A stretch of DNA of 64,000 nucleotides, taken from Cenarchaeum sp. (lineage in GTDB: Archaea; Thermoproteota; Nitrososphaeria; Nitrososphaerales; Nitrosopumilaceae). The stretch is from positions 704,001 to 768,000 of the forward strand of contig CBDESU010000001.1 of the NCBI GenBank assembly GCA_965242695.1, written 5' to 3'. Numbering within the stretch: position 1 is the stretch's first letter; every line of letters begins with the position of its first letter. Under the pieces are notes generated by a model that made no database searches, was not told the origin of the DNA, and saw only the letters and a list, made by a program, of their open reading frames with translations. A program made the position numbers and the translations under genes. Of the stretch, positions 38,417 through 49,300 are shown one piece after another.

Positions 38417-38641
38417 GCCGGCCGTGCCCGTGTGGCACTAAAAAAGATACTCTGCCCCCTTCAGGGGCTGGCCGTTCCACCCGTGCAATCGACGCCCTGC
38501 CGCCCGGCCAGGGCGCCAGCCCGCCGGTCGCGATCATGTGCGGGCTGCGCGGGCGGATGCCGCCCGCTGACCGCCAAGACTGGCCGCACTCCCGCGCACA
38601 GTAGATATAGCCGCCGCCGGCGGCATGCCACGTTGGGCCGG

Positions 38642-39793
38642 ATGGACGACATGCTGCGCGGCAGCGGGATCGCCGACATACTGGAGGCGGCCCTCGCCGG
38701 CTCGCCTCCCGACGCCGACGGGCGCCGCCGCCTCGTCGAGTCCGGCGAGGTCCACCTCATGGGCATGGCCGCCGCCGAGCTTGCGCGCCGCAGGTTCGGC
38801 AGGCGCGCGACGTACGTCAACAACATCATCCTCAACTACACGAACGTGTGCGTGACGGACTGCAAGTTCTGCGCGTTCTACCGGCCGCCGGGCGCCGAAG
38901 GGGCGTACACGCTGACGCTCGACGAGATCGACGCGCGCGTGCGGACGGCCCGCGAGATGTTCCGCATAACGCAGGTTCTGATCCAGGGCGGCCACAACCC
39001 CGAGCTCGGCATCGAGTACTACGAGGACGCGTTCCGCATGATCCGATCCCGCTACCCCGAGGTGGGCGTGCACGGCCTGTCGGCGTCAGAGATCGACATG
39101 ATCGCCCGGGTCGAGGGGACGTCGACGCGCGAGGTCGTCTCCAGGCTCAAGGATGCCGGCCTGCAGAGCGTCCCGGGCGCCGGCGCCGAGATACTCGTCG
39201 ACAGGGTAAAGTCCGAGATCAGCCCGCTAAAGATAACGACCGCCGAGTGGCTGCGCATCATGGAGGAGGCGCACGCGGCGGGCCTGCCGGCGTCGGCTAC
39301 GATGATGTACGGCCATGTCGAGACGGCGGCCGACATGGCCGAGCACATCGGGCTGGTCGCCGAGCTCCAGGAGAGGACGGGCGGGTTCATGGCGTTCATA
39401 CCGTGGAGCTACGAGCCGAACAACACGCCGATGCAGCGCGACAACCCCGGCGCCGAGTACGGCGCCGGCGGCCTTGCGCTGCTAAAGATGATCGCCGTGT
39501 CCAGGCTGTGCCTCGACGGCCTCGTGCCGCACGTGCAGTCGTCGTGGCTCACGAACGGCGTCGGAATGGCGCAGCTGGCGCTCCAGTACGGCGCCGACGA
39601 CTTTGGGGGCACGCTGATCGGCGAAGAGGTCGTGTCGTGCACGGGCGCGCGCTCGACCGAGCTTACGAGCGACCGCGTCGTGGCGTCCATACGGCAGATC
39701 GGCTACGAGGCTGTCGAGCGGGACAACTTTTACCGGGACGTGCTGCCTCCTGTCGTGGCGTCCGCGCCGCAACGGCAGCTGCCTCAGTCGTAG
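38642..39793 (+). CDS. mqnC: CofH/MqnC-family radical SAM protein (probably futalosine-pathway cyclase)
   Basis: NYTNVCVTDCKFCAFYR, QGG.NP, PGAGAEIL, TMMYGH; adjacent to a UbiD-family gene. Confidence 0.8.
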   Translation: MDDMLRGSGIADILEAALAGSPPDADGRRRLVESGEVHLMGMAAAELARRRFGRRATYVNNIILNYTNVCVTDCKFCAFYRPPGAEGAYTLTLDEIDARVRTAREMFRITQVLIQGGHNPELGIEYYEDAFRMIRSRYPEVGVHGLSASEIDMIARVEGTSTREVVSRLKDAGLQSVPGAGAEILVDRVKSEISPLKITTAEWLRIMEEAHAAGLPASATMMYGHVETAADMAEHIGLVAELQERTGGFMAFIPWSYEPNNTPMQRDNPGAEYGAGGLALLKMIAVSRLCLDGLVPHVQSSWLTNGVGMAQLALQYGADDFGGTLIGEEVVSCTGARSTELTSDRVVASIRQIGYEAVERDNFYRDVLPPVVASAPQRQLPQS

Positions 39794-39823
39794 CAGTGCC
39801 TGCCGCTGGCACGCGGCGGCACG

Positions 39824-41344
39824 CTAGGGTGCTGACGGCCGGTGCCCAACGTCGAGGCTCCTGCCGTTCCCGCTCGCAGCGCCCCCTAGCCCGTACCCGT
39901 CCCACCTCGAGTCGACGAGCGAGACGGTCGCCGCGTCTGCCTCGACGCCCTCTTGGACGGGACGCCCGTACCCCTCCTCGGCCGTCTTTTGCGTCGCATC
40001 GATGCCCATCTTTGACCCGAGGTTGACCATGGGCGAGGCTGGGTCGAGCGTGTCCGTCGGCGCCCCGCCCACTACGACGGTGTCGCGGGCCGGATCGGCC
40101 CGCGTCGTGACTGCCCATAGCACGGAGTTGTGGTCGTGCACGTCCACGTCCCCGTCTACGACGACGATGATCTTTGTGAGGGCGAGCTGGCCGGTCCCCC
40201 ACAGGCCCATCATGACCTTTCTTGCCTGGCCGGGGTAGGTCTTGCGTATGGACACGACGGCCATGCCCTGGAACCACCCGGCGGCGGGCATTGCAAAGTC
40301 GACGACCTCGGGCTGGAGCATGCGGATCAGCGGCAGGAACGACCTGGCCGATGCGGCGCCGATGTACGCATCCTCTAGGACGGGCCTGCCGACCACGGTC
40401 GCAAGGTACACGGGACTGCGGCGCCTCATCACGCCCGTGAGGGTGAACGTCGGGAACGGCTCCTGCGGGGTGTAGTAGCCGGTGTGGTCCCCAAAGGGCC
40501 CCTCGGGCCGGAGGTCGGACAGGTCTACGTGCCCCTCTAGGACGATCTCGGCGTTGGCAGGCACCTCTAGGTCGATCGTCGCGCACTTGACGGTGCGTAT
40601 GCCGCTCTTCCTGCAGATTCCGGCGAACAGGTACTTGTCTAGGCCCTCGGGGACGGGCGCGACGCCGGCGAACACGGTGGCAGGCTCGCCGCCGATCACG
40701 ACGGCCGCCTCTATGCGATCGCCCCCTGCGCCGCCCCCGTCCGCGGCGCGGGCGAGCGCGTGCTGCGCGCCGCGCTTGTGCCTCTGCCAGTGCACGAGCA
40801 GGTGCGTGTCGTCGACGACCTGCAGGCGGTACACGCCGAGGTTGCGCACGCCCGTGCCGGGGTGCCTCGTGGCAACCATGCCGAACGTGATGAACCTGCC
40901 GGCATCGCCGGGCCACGTCCTCAGGACGGGCAGGCCGGCAAGCGACGGCGCGGCGGTCTCGACGACCTCGGTGACGGGCCCCCCCTTGCCGGGGCGCGGG
41001 AACGCATCGCCCATGCGGGACAGCTCGGGCAGCTTTCGCAGGCGGCCGAGCATGCCGTGCGGCACGTCCATGCTGGCCATCCCGGCTATGCGTTCGCCGA
41101 TCTCGGCAAAGTCGTCCGTCTCGAGGGCCATGCGCATGCGCCTGTCCGAGCCGAACGCGTTGCCCAGGACGGGCATGTCTGACCCCTCGACATCCTCGAA
41201 GAGCACGGCAGGCCCACCGGCGTACATGACGCGGCGCAGGACCTCGGCGATCTCGAGGTCGGCGCTGACCCGGGCGGCGACCCTCCTCAACTCGCCGGCC
41301 TCCTCGAGGGCCGCAATCAGCCCGCCAATGTCCTTCAGGGGCAT
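39824..41344 (-). CDS. ubiD: UbiD-family decarboxylase (menaquinone-associated)
   Basis: RNLGVYRLQ, EGPFGDHTGYY, LDPAS..GSKMGIDAT. Confidence 0.9.
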   Translation of the reverse strand: MPLKDIGGLIAALEEAGELRRVAARVSADLEIAEVLRRVMYAGGPAVLFEDVEGSDMPVLGNAFGSDRRMRMALETDDFAEIGERIAGMASMDVPHGMLGRLRKLPELSRMGDAFPRPGKGGPVTEVVETAAPSLAGLPVLRTWPGDAGRFITFGMVATRHPGTGVRNLGVYRLQVVDDTHLLVHWQRHKRGAQHALARAADGGGAGGDRIEAAVVIGGEPATVFAGVAPVPEGLDKYLFAGICRKSGIRTVKCATIDLEVPANAEIVLEGHVDLSDLRPEGPFGDHTGYYTPQEPFPTFTLTGVMRRRSPVYLATVVGRPVLEDAYIGAASARSFLPLIRMLQPEVVDFAMPAAGWFQGMAVVSIRKTYPGQARKVMMGLWGTGQLALTKIIVVVDGDVDVHDHNSVLWAVTTRADPARDTVVVGGAPTDTLDPASPMVNLGSKMGIDATQKTAEEGYGRPVQEGVEADAATVSLVDSRWDGYGLGGAASGNGRSLDVGHRPSAP

Positions 41345-41426
41345 GGCCGCGCGCCGAACCGTTTTCCTATAAGCTTGACGCTCGGCCGCCGCGAGCTATT
41401 TACCTGCGGCCGCCGCGCGCGCGGCG

Positions 41427-41672
41427 ATGGGCGGAAAGGACGGGAAGGCGGCGTGCGCCGTGTGCGGCGGCGGCGGCAGGATCGTGCTGCTCGGCTCGCC
41501 GTGCCCGTTCTGCAACGGCACGGGCGAGGCGACAAGGGCCGCCGAGTCGTACATGAAGTCGCACCCGTGCCAGTGCTCGCTGTACGACCGGAAGCGCTGC
41601 CCGTTGTGCGGCCGCAAGTGCCACCACGACACGCCCAACCGCCCAAAGATACTCGTCGGGCCGGCGCAGTAG
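41427..41672 (+). CDS. small Cys-rich zinc-binding protein
   Basis: CAVCGGGG and CPFCNGTG (DnaJ-type), plus CQC...CPLC..CHH. Confidence 0.75.
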   Translation: MGGKDGKAACAVCGGGGRIVLLGSPCPFCNGTGEATRAAESYMKSHPCQCSLYDRKRCPLCGRKCHHDTPNRPKILVGPAQ

Positions 41673-41770
41673 GGGCGGCCCGCGGCGCCGATCCGGCCAG
41701 GGCGCGGAGGCTCTGCGGGGCATGCCGCATCCGGGCTCGGGCCCGATGCGGCCCGCGGCGCCTGTTCCCG

Positions 41771-42148
41771 CTAGGACACGGGGGGCAGCTCGCTCTTCCT
41801 GCCGTGGCCGCCGGACCCGAACTTGCAGTAGAAGCAAATGTCCGACTGCATGTGCGTCAGGCGCTCTACCTTTATCGCGCCGAGCTTGAGGGCCATCTTT
41901 GTGAGCAGCCTGTACTTTAGCGGCATGCTCGGAATCACCTCGTCCATGTACACCTTGTAGTGCTCGGGGCAGAACCTGAGCGTCACCCTGCTCGGCTCCC
42001 CGCCGGACTCGTTGACCTGCCTAGTGTACCTTACCTGCTCTCGGATGTATTCGTGCTTTGGGCACGGGCAGTCCTTGCCGCCTGGATGCTTGTAGGCAGG
42101 CGTGTTCTTCCAGTCGAATCCGGGGTACTCGCGCTCAAAGTCATCCAA
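41771..42148 (-). CDS. hypothetical Cys-containing protein
   Basis: Protein-like composition (CPCPKH, FCPEH, CFYC); TTTTATAA box about 25 bp before TTG. Confidence 0.75.
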   Translation of the reverse strand: MDDFEREYPGFDWKNTPAYKHPGGKDCPCPKHEYIREQVRYTRQVNESGGEPSRVTLRFCPEHYKVYMDEVIPSMPLKYRLLTKMALKLGAIKVERLTHMQSDICFYCKFGSGGHGRKSELPPVS

Positions 42149-42294
42149 CGGATGCCGCCGCCCCGCTGTGGTTATAAAACTTGGCGGGGCGGCCCGCGGC
42201 GGCGGCATCGGCGCGGCGGCCCCGGCCGGGCCGGCGGCGCCCCGCCGCTGCGCCCCGGAAGGCTTTTCATGCGGCAGGGGCGCGGGCCGGGCGC

Positions 42295-42486
42295 ATGCCC
42301 CCCTCTAGGCCCTGCCCGAACTGCGGGCAGGACGAGTGGCTTGCCAACGACGACCTGCACTACCTGCCGCGCGTGCGCTCCGACGGGAGCGGCGGGTATG
42401 CGATCGACCCGCAGAACGGCATCCACGTCAGGGTGTGGAGGTGCAACAACTGCATGTACGTCGTGCAGTTCTGGGAGCCGGACTAG
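42295..42486 (+). CDS. small zinc-ribbon protein
   Basis: CPNCG...CNNC; 63 aa. Confidence 0.72.
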   Translation: MPPSRPCPNCGQDEWLANDDLHYLPRVRSDGSGGYAIDPQNGIHVRVWRCNNCMYVVQFWEPD

Positions 42487-42605
42487 GGCGGCGGCGCGGG
42501 GAGGGGGTGTGGGGCGGCAGGGGGCCGCCTGCGGGCCTCCCCTAGGCGTGAAATCCGGCCGCGCCTACCAAAAAATAGATAAAGCTGCCGCCGGGCGGCC
42601 CCGCA

Positions 42606-43673
42606 ATGGCTAAGAAGACGACAAAAAAGCCGACAAAGAAGGACCTAGAGGACAAGATCGCCGCCCTGGAGGCAAAGCTCGAAAAGCTCTCCTCTAGCGT
42701 GGCAAAGCCGACGCCAAAGCAGGCCCCCAAGCCGACGCCAAAGCAGGCCCCCAAGCCCGAGCCAAAGGCCGAGTCGCCCCGCGGCTCGCTGCCAAAGGGG
42801 TTCGGCAAGAAGCCCGAGCCCAAGGCCGAGCCGAAGCCGGCCCCCAAGCCCGAGCCAAAGGCCGAGTCGCCCCGCGGCTCGCTGCCAAAGGGGTTCGGCA
42901 AGAAGCCCGAGCCCAAGGCCGAGCCGAAGCCGGCCCCCAAGCCCGAGCCAAAGGCCGAGTCGCCCCGCGGCTCGCTGCCAAAGGGGTTCGGCAAGAAGCC
43001 CGAGCCCAAGGCCGAGCCGAAGCCGGCCCCCAAGCCGGAGGCGGCATCGGCTGCCGGCAACGCGCAGGCGCTTGAGGCCATCTACAGGGACTCGCCGATG
43101 AGCAACCCGTTCGACTACAAGACAAAGACGCCGGGCTACTCGCCCTCGCCGAACCGCTACTACGAGCGCCTCCACGCAAAGAGGGGGACCGCTCCGACGT
43201 CGGACTGGAACATGCAAAAGGCAAAGGTCACGGGGTACACGGCCCCGTCGAACAACTACTTTGCAACCAGGCAGCGCCTTGCGTTCCACCCAGCGGACAG
43301 GAACTTCAACGGCTTCGACTACAAGATAGCCGGCGTCGCGCCGGACAAGGCAAAGGCCGAGCAAAAGGCCCCGCCGCCTCCGCCGCCGCCCGCGACGAAG
43401 CCGAAGGGGACGCTCCCCAAGGGCATGTCGCCGCCGCCCCAGCAGCAGCAGGCCCCGCCTCCGCCGCCCCCGACCGCGGGCGAGTCGTCCAAGAAGGACG
43501 ACCTGGCCGCGTACGAGGCCGACTACCTGGAAAGGCTCGACCGCGAGGCCAAGGAGGCCGCCGAGCTGGCGCAGGCAGCGGCCGAGCTCGCCGCGCGCAA
43601 GCGCGCAGAGGCTGCCCAGAACCAGCAGGCGTCGGCCGGCAAGCAGAGGGGAACACTGCCAAAGGGCTTTTGA
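42606..43673 (+). CDS. low-complexity Pro/Lys-rich protein with repeated G(S/T)LPKG(F/M) motif
   Basis: N-terminal coiled coil; three 31-aa repeats; ends RGTLPKGF. Confidence 0.8.
   Translation: MAKKTTKKPTKKDLEDKIAALEAKLEKLSSSVAKPTPKQAPKPTPKQAPKPEPKAESPRGSLPKGFGKKPEPKAEPKPAPKPEPKAESPRGSLPKGFGKKPEPKAEPKPAPKPEPKAESPRGSLPKGFGKKPEPKAEPKPAPKPEAASAAGNAQALEAIYRDSPMSNPFDYKTKTPGYSPSPNRYYERLHAKRGTAPTSDWNMQKAKVTGYTAPSNNYFATRQRLAFHPADRNFNGFDYKIAGVAPDKAKAEQKAPPPPPPPATKPKGTLPKGMSPPPQQQQAPPPPPPTAGESSKKDDLAAYEADYLERLDREAKEAAELAQAAAELAARKRAEAAQNQQASAGKQRGTLPKGF
42746..43024 (+). repeat. three tandem 93-bp coding repeats
   Basis: Units start at 42746, 42839 and 42932 ([31 protein letters not shown]). Confidence 0.92.
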
Positions 43674-43686
43674 CCCGCTTTTTCCT

Positions 43687-44148
43687 TTATTTTGACTCGA
43701 ACGCCGCGAGGACCTCGGCGGCGTGCCCCGCCGGCCGCACCTTGGGGAACGACCTGAACACGGTGCCCTTCTCGTCGACGAGGAACGTGCTGCGCACGAC
43801 ACCCATGTACTCGCGCCCCATGAACTTCTTCTTGCCCCACACGCCGAACGCGCCGGCGACGGCCTTGTCGGTGTCCGCAAGGAGCGGGAACCTCACGCCC
43901 ATCTTGTCGCAGAACCTGCGGTGCGAGGCAGAGTCGTCGGGGCTGACGCCGACGACCTCGATGCCGGCGGCCTTGAACCTGTCGTAGTCGCGCGCAAACT
44001 CGTCGGCCTCTGTAGTGCAGCCGGGCGTAAAGTCCTTGGGGTAAAAGTAGACGGCGTACCTGCGGCCCTTGAGGCTCGACGAGTCGAAGACGTTGCCGTC
44101 GGCATCGGGGGCGCTGAACGGCGGCGCCTTGTCCCCCTCGGCTATCAC
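43687..44148 (-). CDS. bcp: peroxiredoxin, BCP/PrxQ family
   Basis: YFYPKDFTPGCTTEA, GVSPD, RSTFLVD. Confidence 0.93.
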   Translation of the reverse strand: MIAEGDKAPPFSAPDADGNVFDSSSLKGRRYAVYFYPKDFTPGCTTEADEFARDYDRFKAAGIEVVGVSPDDSASHRRFCDKMGVRFPLLADTDKAVAGAFGVWGKKKFMGREYMGVVRSTFLVDEKGTVFRSFPKVRPAGHAAEVLAAFESK

Positions 44149-44669
44149 GGGGCGGCGGGCGGGGGCGGGCTTCTTTAAGGTTGGGGGGGGGGGCGCCGGG
44201 GGCGGCGATCGGGGCGCCGCCGAAGGGCGGCAATCGCACACTGCTCGCGCAGCGGGCGATGATGCGCAGGGCCTGACTGCCGTCCTGCTCGCTCCGCGGA
44301 CCGAGGAGGCCTGCCTACGACCGCCGTTGCGAGGCGCCCTGCACTCCCAAACGCATTTAGGGCCGCCCGCGGGACTTGGCGCATGGGCGCAGAGTCGCTC
44401 CTCAGAGGCGGCGCCGCGGATCCTGGCTACCAGGCCCCCTCCCTGCTTGCAAAGAGGCGTAGATTTTTCAGGGATCGATTGCAAGCCGCAAGATATCCCT
44501 TGTCCGTAACCGTGGTCGCCGACGGCACCGTCGTCCCAGGTGTGCCGGCCGCCAACAAGATCGATCCCTGCCTACTACCAGGGCTTGCTAGCGAGGTGAC
44601 CGCCTGTCTGGTTTGCGTTGCCAGCCCGCGCTACGAAACCGGGATGCTGATCGGGAGGCACGACCTCCA

Positions 44670-45308
44670 GTGACAAGGTCATCGACAGACTACGCGTCTG
44701 CACTGCTTGACATGCTCGACGGCGTCTTGAACCGCGACGGGAACTCGTATCGCCGATGCGCTAGGACGCTAGAGGAACTGGTAGGGGCAGGTGCGATTCC
44801 AAGCGGCATGACGTTCTACGTGTCGTTCTATGCGGCACTCTGCTACGACATAGCCGACATGACGACCGATGCGGCACGCATGTACCGCACACTTTCAAAC
44901 AGGTACGGGGGCGAGTTTGACGACATGCTCCCGTCTGTAACATACGCCGGCGATCTGGTGGCGGGGATCGCCAAACTGGGGCGCAGGGACATGAAGCCCC
45001 TGTCCCGCACTCTCTCCAAGATTGCAAGCCTAGTCAAGGATCGCGAGTCCGCATCGGATCAACCCCCGATGTACGAGCATCAGAGCGATTACGAGGTATT
45101 GATGGCGCTACTGGTGCTCCTTGACAAATTTTTCTCGTCCCTGCCTGACCCCTCGGACCGGGCCCGCTCGCTCGCGCTTGATGCGAACGAGATGCGCGGC
45201 GAGATCTCGCGGTTCGACATAGATCCCATGCTGAGGATACTGGCGATCCTGTGCCTAGACCTGATCCGGGCATCGGAGGAGCGCTCTGGCCGACCCGGGC
45301 CTTCCTGA
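44670..45308 (+). CDS. hypothetical alpha-helical protein
   Basis: 212-aa ORF of protein-like composition in a lower-GC segment. Confidence 0.55.
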   Translation: MTRSSTDYASALLDMLDGVLNRDGNSYRRCARTLEELVGAGAIPSGMTFYVSFYAALCYDIADMTTDAARMYRTLSNRYGGEFDDMLPSVTYAGDLVAGIAKLGRRDMKPLSRTLSKIASLVKDRESASDQPPMYEHQSDYEVLMALLVLLDKFFSSLPDPSDRARSLALDANEMRGEISRFDIDPMLRILAILCLDLIRASEERSGRPGPS

Positions 45309-46347
45309 CGCCGTCAAGAGGCGATCGGGCGAGGTTGGCTGTCGAAAGCTGCGGCCCACCGGTTGCAGTCGATCGGTGGCGTACTCTTGGGCGTCGGGAG
45401 CACGTTTGGCGGCACCTGCCGGAACGGGCAGGACGTGCCTGGCATGCATGGCTGCGGGGCGCGGGATTCGACATGCGGGGCGACATGTGGCGATTTCAGG
45501 ATGTCTCCGCTCATCGTTACAGCCACCGCTCTGGCCCTGTAGGGGCTGTGGGTGAGACCTGGCGCGATTTGCACTTGCCCGGTGGCCGGCTCCCTAGGCG
45601 TGGCAGGCTGCGCCCCGCCCGTGTGGTTCCCGCTGGCAAGGCTCTGAGATGGTGGCATGTATCAGTCCAGCAGGCTATTGCCCTGTTGCAGGCCTTGCCC
45701 GTTGCGGACGCCATGTCGCCCATGGCGACGACTGTCGGGACACGATGCAGATGCCGCTCATCGGCCTGTGAGCTCGTGCAGCGTCTATGCGGCAGGGCCG
45801 GATCGTCGTCATACCAGAGCTGGAAGGGGCTGTTGGCTGTCTCGCAAGGTCAGGAGGCGCCCTTGAGAGCCTGCCAGCGGTGGTGGGACCGCCTTTGCCT
45901 GCTAGCCGCTGGTCTCTGACCTGCGACGATCATGCGATCAGGCCTCCTCGGGACACGGCGGCGAGCCGAACGTAGACTTTGTTGACCTCTGGTCAAAACT
46001 TCTACACCACGGTGATCATGTGTGGCACGGGGGCATGGGCGGCATGCGCAAGACTGCGAGCGGCCTGATGCGTGCCGGCGGACGCAGGGTGCGAGCCGTG
46101 TTCCGTGGCACCGAGACAGCCGTACATGGGGCGGTACCTTCCCACCTGCGCCATGGCTTGGGGGCCGCAGGGCGAGATCTGCACGGCGGGGCCAGCAAGG
46201 CGAGCTCGGCGCGGACAGATCGCGCGATCGATCGCCATGCACCGATGTGGACTGGCATCTTTGGACACGCGCCTCGTGTCGGGGCAGCGGGGGGCTAGCA
46301 AGTTGGCCTTTGACATAGCCGGCCGGCATGGCGGCAGTGGGCGTAGG

Positions 46348-49300
46348 ATGACGGCCTTCCTGCTGGCCGCGGTGGCCTTGGCCGCGTTGGTGTCTGCCGT
46401 TGCCTTGGAGCCGGGCGCCGCGCACGCACAAGGTGTCGACGAGGGATGCCTGCCAGTGGGTAGCGCGGACTGCGCATACCGCGTCACGCGGACGCTCCAT
46501 GTAGGCGATATTGAGCCCTCGATAATCAGGGTGGATCCCGTGACGGGCCACGTGTACGTGGCCAACGAGCCGCACACGTCGTCCCGGGACAGTGGCCATG
46601 CACACCTGCGCATATACAACAACAGCGCGGCTGGTCACGACCTGATAAAAGACATACGCTTCGGCGGGGCCAACTCTCGCATCGCCGACTTTGAGATCAA
46701 CAACATGACTAGGGAGATACACGTTGCCCACTTGTGGGGCGTCGGCGATGCCGAACAGGGGTGGGACGGCCGCGTGTTCAACGACGACGGCCGGGCCAAC
46801 CTGACGACCATCTCAATCGACACGTACGAGATAGTCAAGACGATCGAGCTGGGTCACCGCGAGACGGCGCGCGACAACGACAGCGACACAGTGGATACCA
46901 CCCGGTACGTCGTCTGGGATATTGCCGTCGACGAGGCGCGCGATGTCGCATACGTTTCCAGCAAGAACGACGGGCAGGGGCCCGTCCTGGTCGTCAACAC
47001 GTCCGACACGACCCTCCTGGACACGGTCGTAAACCACACCGCTGGAAGTGGACCCAGCGGCGCCTGGAACGCATACAAAACGGCCGCACCCGTGTCCGCA
47101 ATGGCCGTGGACCCTGCGTCGGGCGAGGTGTACGCCGCCGCGCGCATCGGAGACCTGCGCGATGCATCGTCTCCTCCCAGCCACTCGTGGGGCATCGCGA
47201 GGCTGTCTTTCTTTGATGATGATGACAGAGTGACTCCAAACTACCAGCGTCTAAGCTTTCTTAACATGACGTCAAACCCCCACCCCGTAAACGGCACCTG
47301 CTCCGATAACGACTACAACGACCATCCCTGCGACAACGACGTCCTGGTCCACGCCCTGCATCTTGATGCGTCCCGAAATCAGCTGTTCGCCCTGTACGAC
47401 AACCACACCGTATGGGCGTTCAAGATCGGCGACGGTGGGAACCTGACCGCCCCCGTGGAGGTCGACGTTCGGGGCGGCGGCGACGCCCCATTCCACGGCG
47501 AGGACCAGATACGCGACATTGCACTTGACGCCGAGCGCGGCCTGCTCTACGTCGTGCGGTACGACTATACTGATCCCCGCGTTGTCGTGATCGACGCGAC
47601 CGACAGTTTGCACTACGCCGAGATCGGCTCTGCCTCGCTCACAAGCCAGCCCGTGGGCATCGGCCTTGGCCGCGCGGGCGGCGCCGTGTACGTCCTGCCG
47701 CAGTGGTCGCCGCACGCCTACGTGATCGAGGCCAAGATGAAGTCCAACTTGCAAAAGATGATCGACGGCGCCAGCGCCGGCGACACGATCCGCATACCTG
47801 CCGGCACCTACAACAATACCGTCCTCGACATTACGAAGCCTTTGACGCTCACGCCCGAGACCGGCGTGCTGGGCGACGTGGTGTTCACGGGGCACTCGCG
47901 CATGGAGATCGAGGCGGACAATGTGACGGTGAGGGGTCTCGTGTTCAGGGACACCGCCTGCCTGCCGGGGTACGGCGCCCCCCTCATCGAGATACGAACG
48001 CAGCGCGTCACGCACCGCAACAACCTCGCCGTCGAGGACAACATCTTCCGCAACACTTGCCATCCGGCCATCCAGCAGGAGGGGATCGGAAAGATTGTGA
48101 ACGTCTCGATCCGAGGCAACGTGTTTGAAAACATCGGGCTGAACCTCCCCGCCGGCGAGACGGAGCCGCTCGACACGGGCGGCGTCAACGAGTTCCAGGT
48201 AGCGCACGGCGCAATCGGGCTGGCATACCACCCGGGCCAGGGCAGCGTCGGAGGCGTCGTCGCAGACAACCGGATCAGCGGCACGAGCGCCGCCGGAATA
48301 CGCGTCTTCAGGGCGGACGGCCTGGCGATCACGGGCAACTACATCGAGAACACGCCGGCGAGCGCCGTCGGCCTGGCCCACTCGCCCCGGAACGTCGTCG
48401 TCGCGGACAACATCATTGCCGGGGCCAACAGCGAGCCCGACCTGGACTACCTTGCCGGCGTGAACGGCAGCGGCGAGCAGGGCTACTACAGGTTCGTAAA
48501 CCTCAACGAAAAGGACGCATACGCATACCTCGGCTACGCCCCGTACCACAGCACCGCGTCCAACATGAGCATCGCTAAGGACTTTGACGAGCTTGCAAAG
48601 GCGGGAATCCCGTGGCGAAACGGCACGGCGATCCCGTCGCCGGATGCGGCCATCAACATATGGTCGACTGCCACCAACGTCAACGTCACCGGCAATACGA
48701 TCTCGGGGAGCGACGGCGCCCTGACCGTCTGCACAGGTGTGTGCGCGTACGAAAGCGACGGGTTCGTGCGGCCGCGCGACCGGAACATCGCGCCGATCGC
48801 CGGCACGGAAGGCATCGCCGGCAGCGTGGCATTCACCGGCAACACGGTGTATGCTCACGCGGGCCCCGACAACGGCGGAGCCCTAGTCGTCAGCCACGCC
48901 AACGGCACGATCAACGCCACCGACAACAGGTACTTTGGGTGCGACATGGCGGGCGATCCCGTGCATACGGCGGGCAACGTGGAGAATGGATCTGCGCAGT
49001 ACGAGGAGGGCGGATGTGATGTGTTCCACGTCACTCGCACGCTTCCCGTCGGCGACATAGTGCCGTCGATCGTCAGGGTGAATCCCAACACGGACCACGT
49101 GTACGTAAGCAACAGGCCGCACCTCGGCGCGATGGACCAAAACTACTCGCACCTGCGAATATACGACAGCCGAGGGAACGGCCACGCCCTGATCAAGGAT
49201 GTGCAGTTCAATGGGACTAACTCGCGCATCGTCGACTTTGAGATCAACTCTAGGACGGGGGAGATGCACGTGGTCCACCTGTGGGGCGTCGGAGATGCCG

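Noticed and set aside
42746-43024. Regular repeats as CRISPR or non-coding array
   Set aside because: Contiguous in-frame 93-bp coding repeats without spacers.
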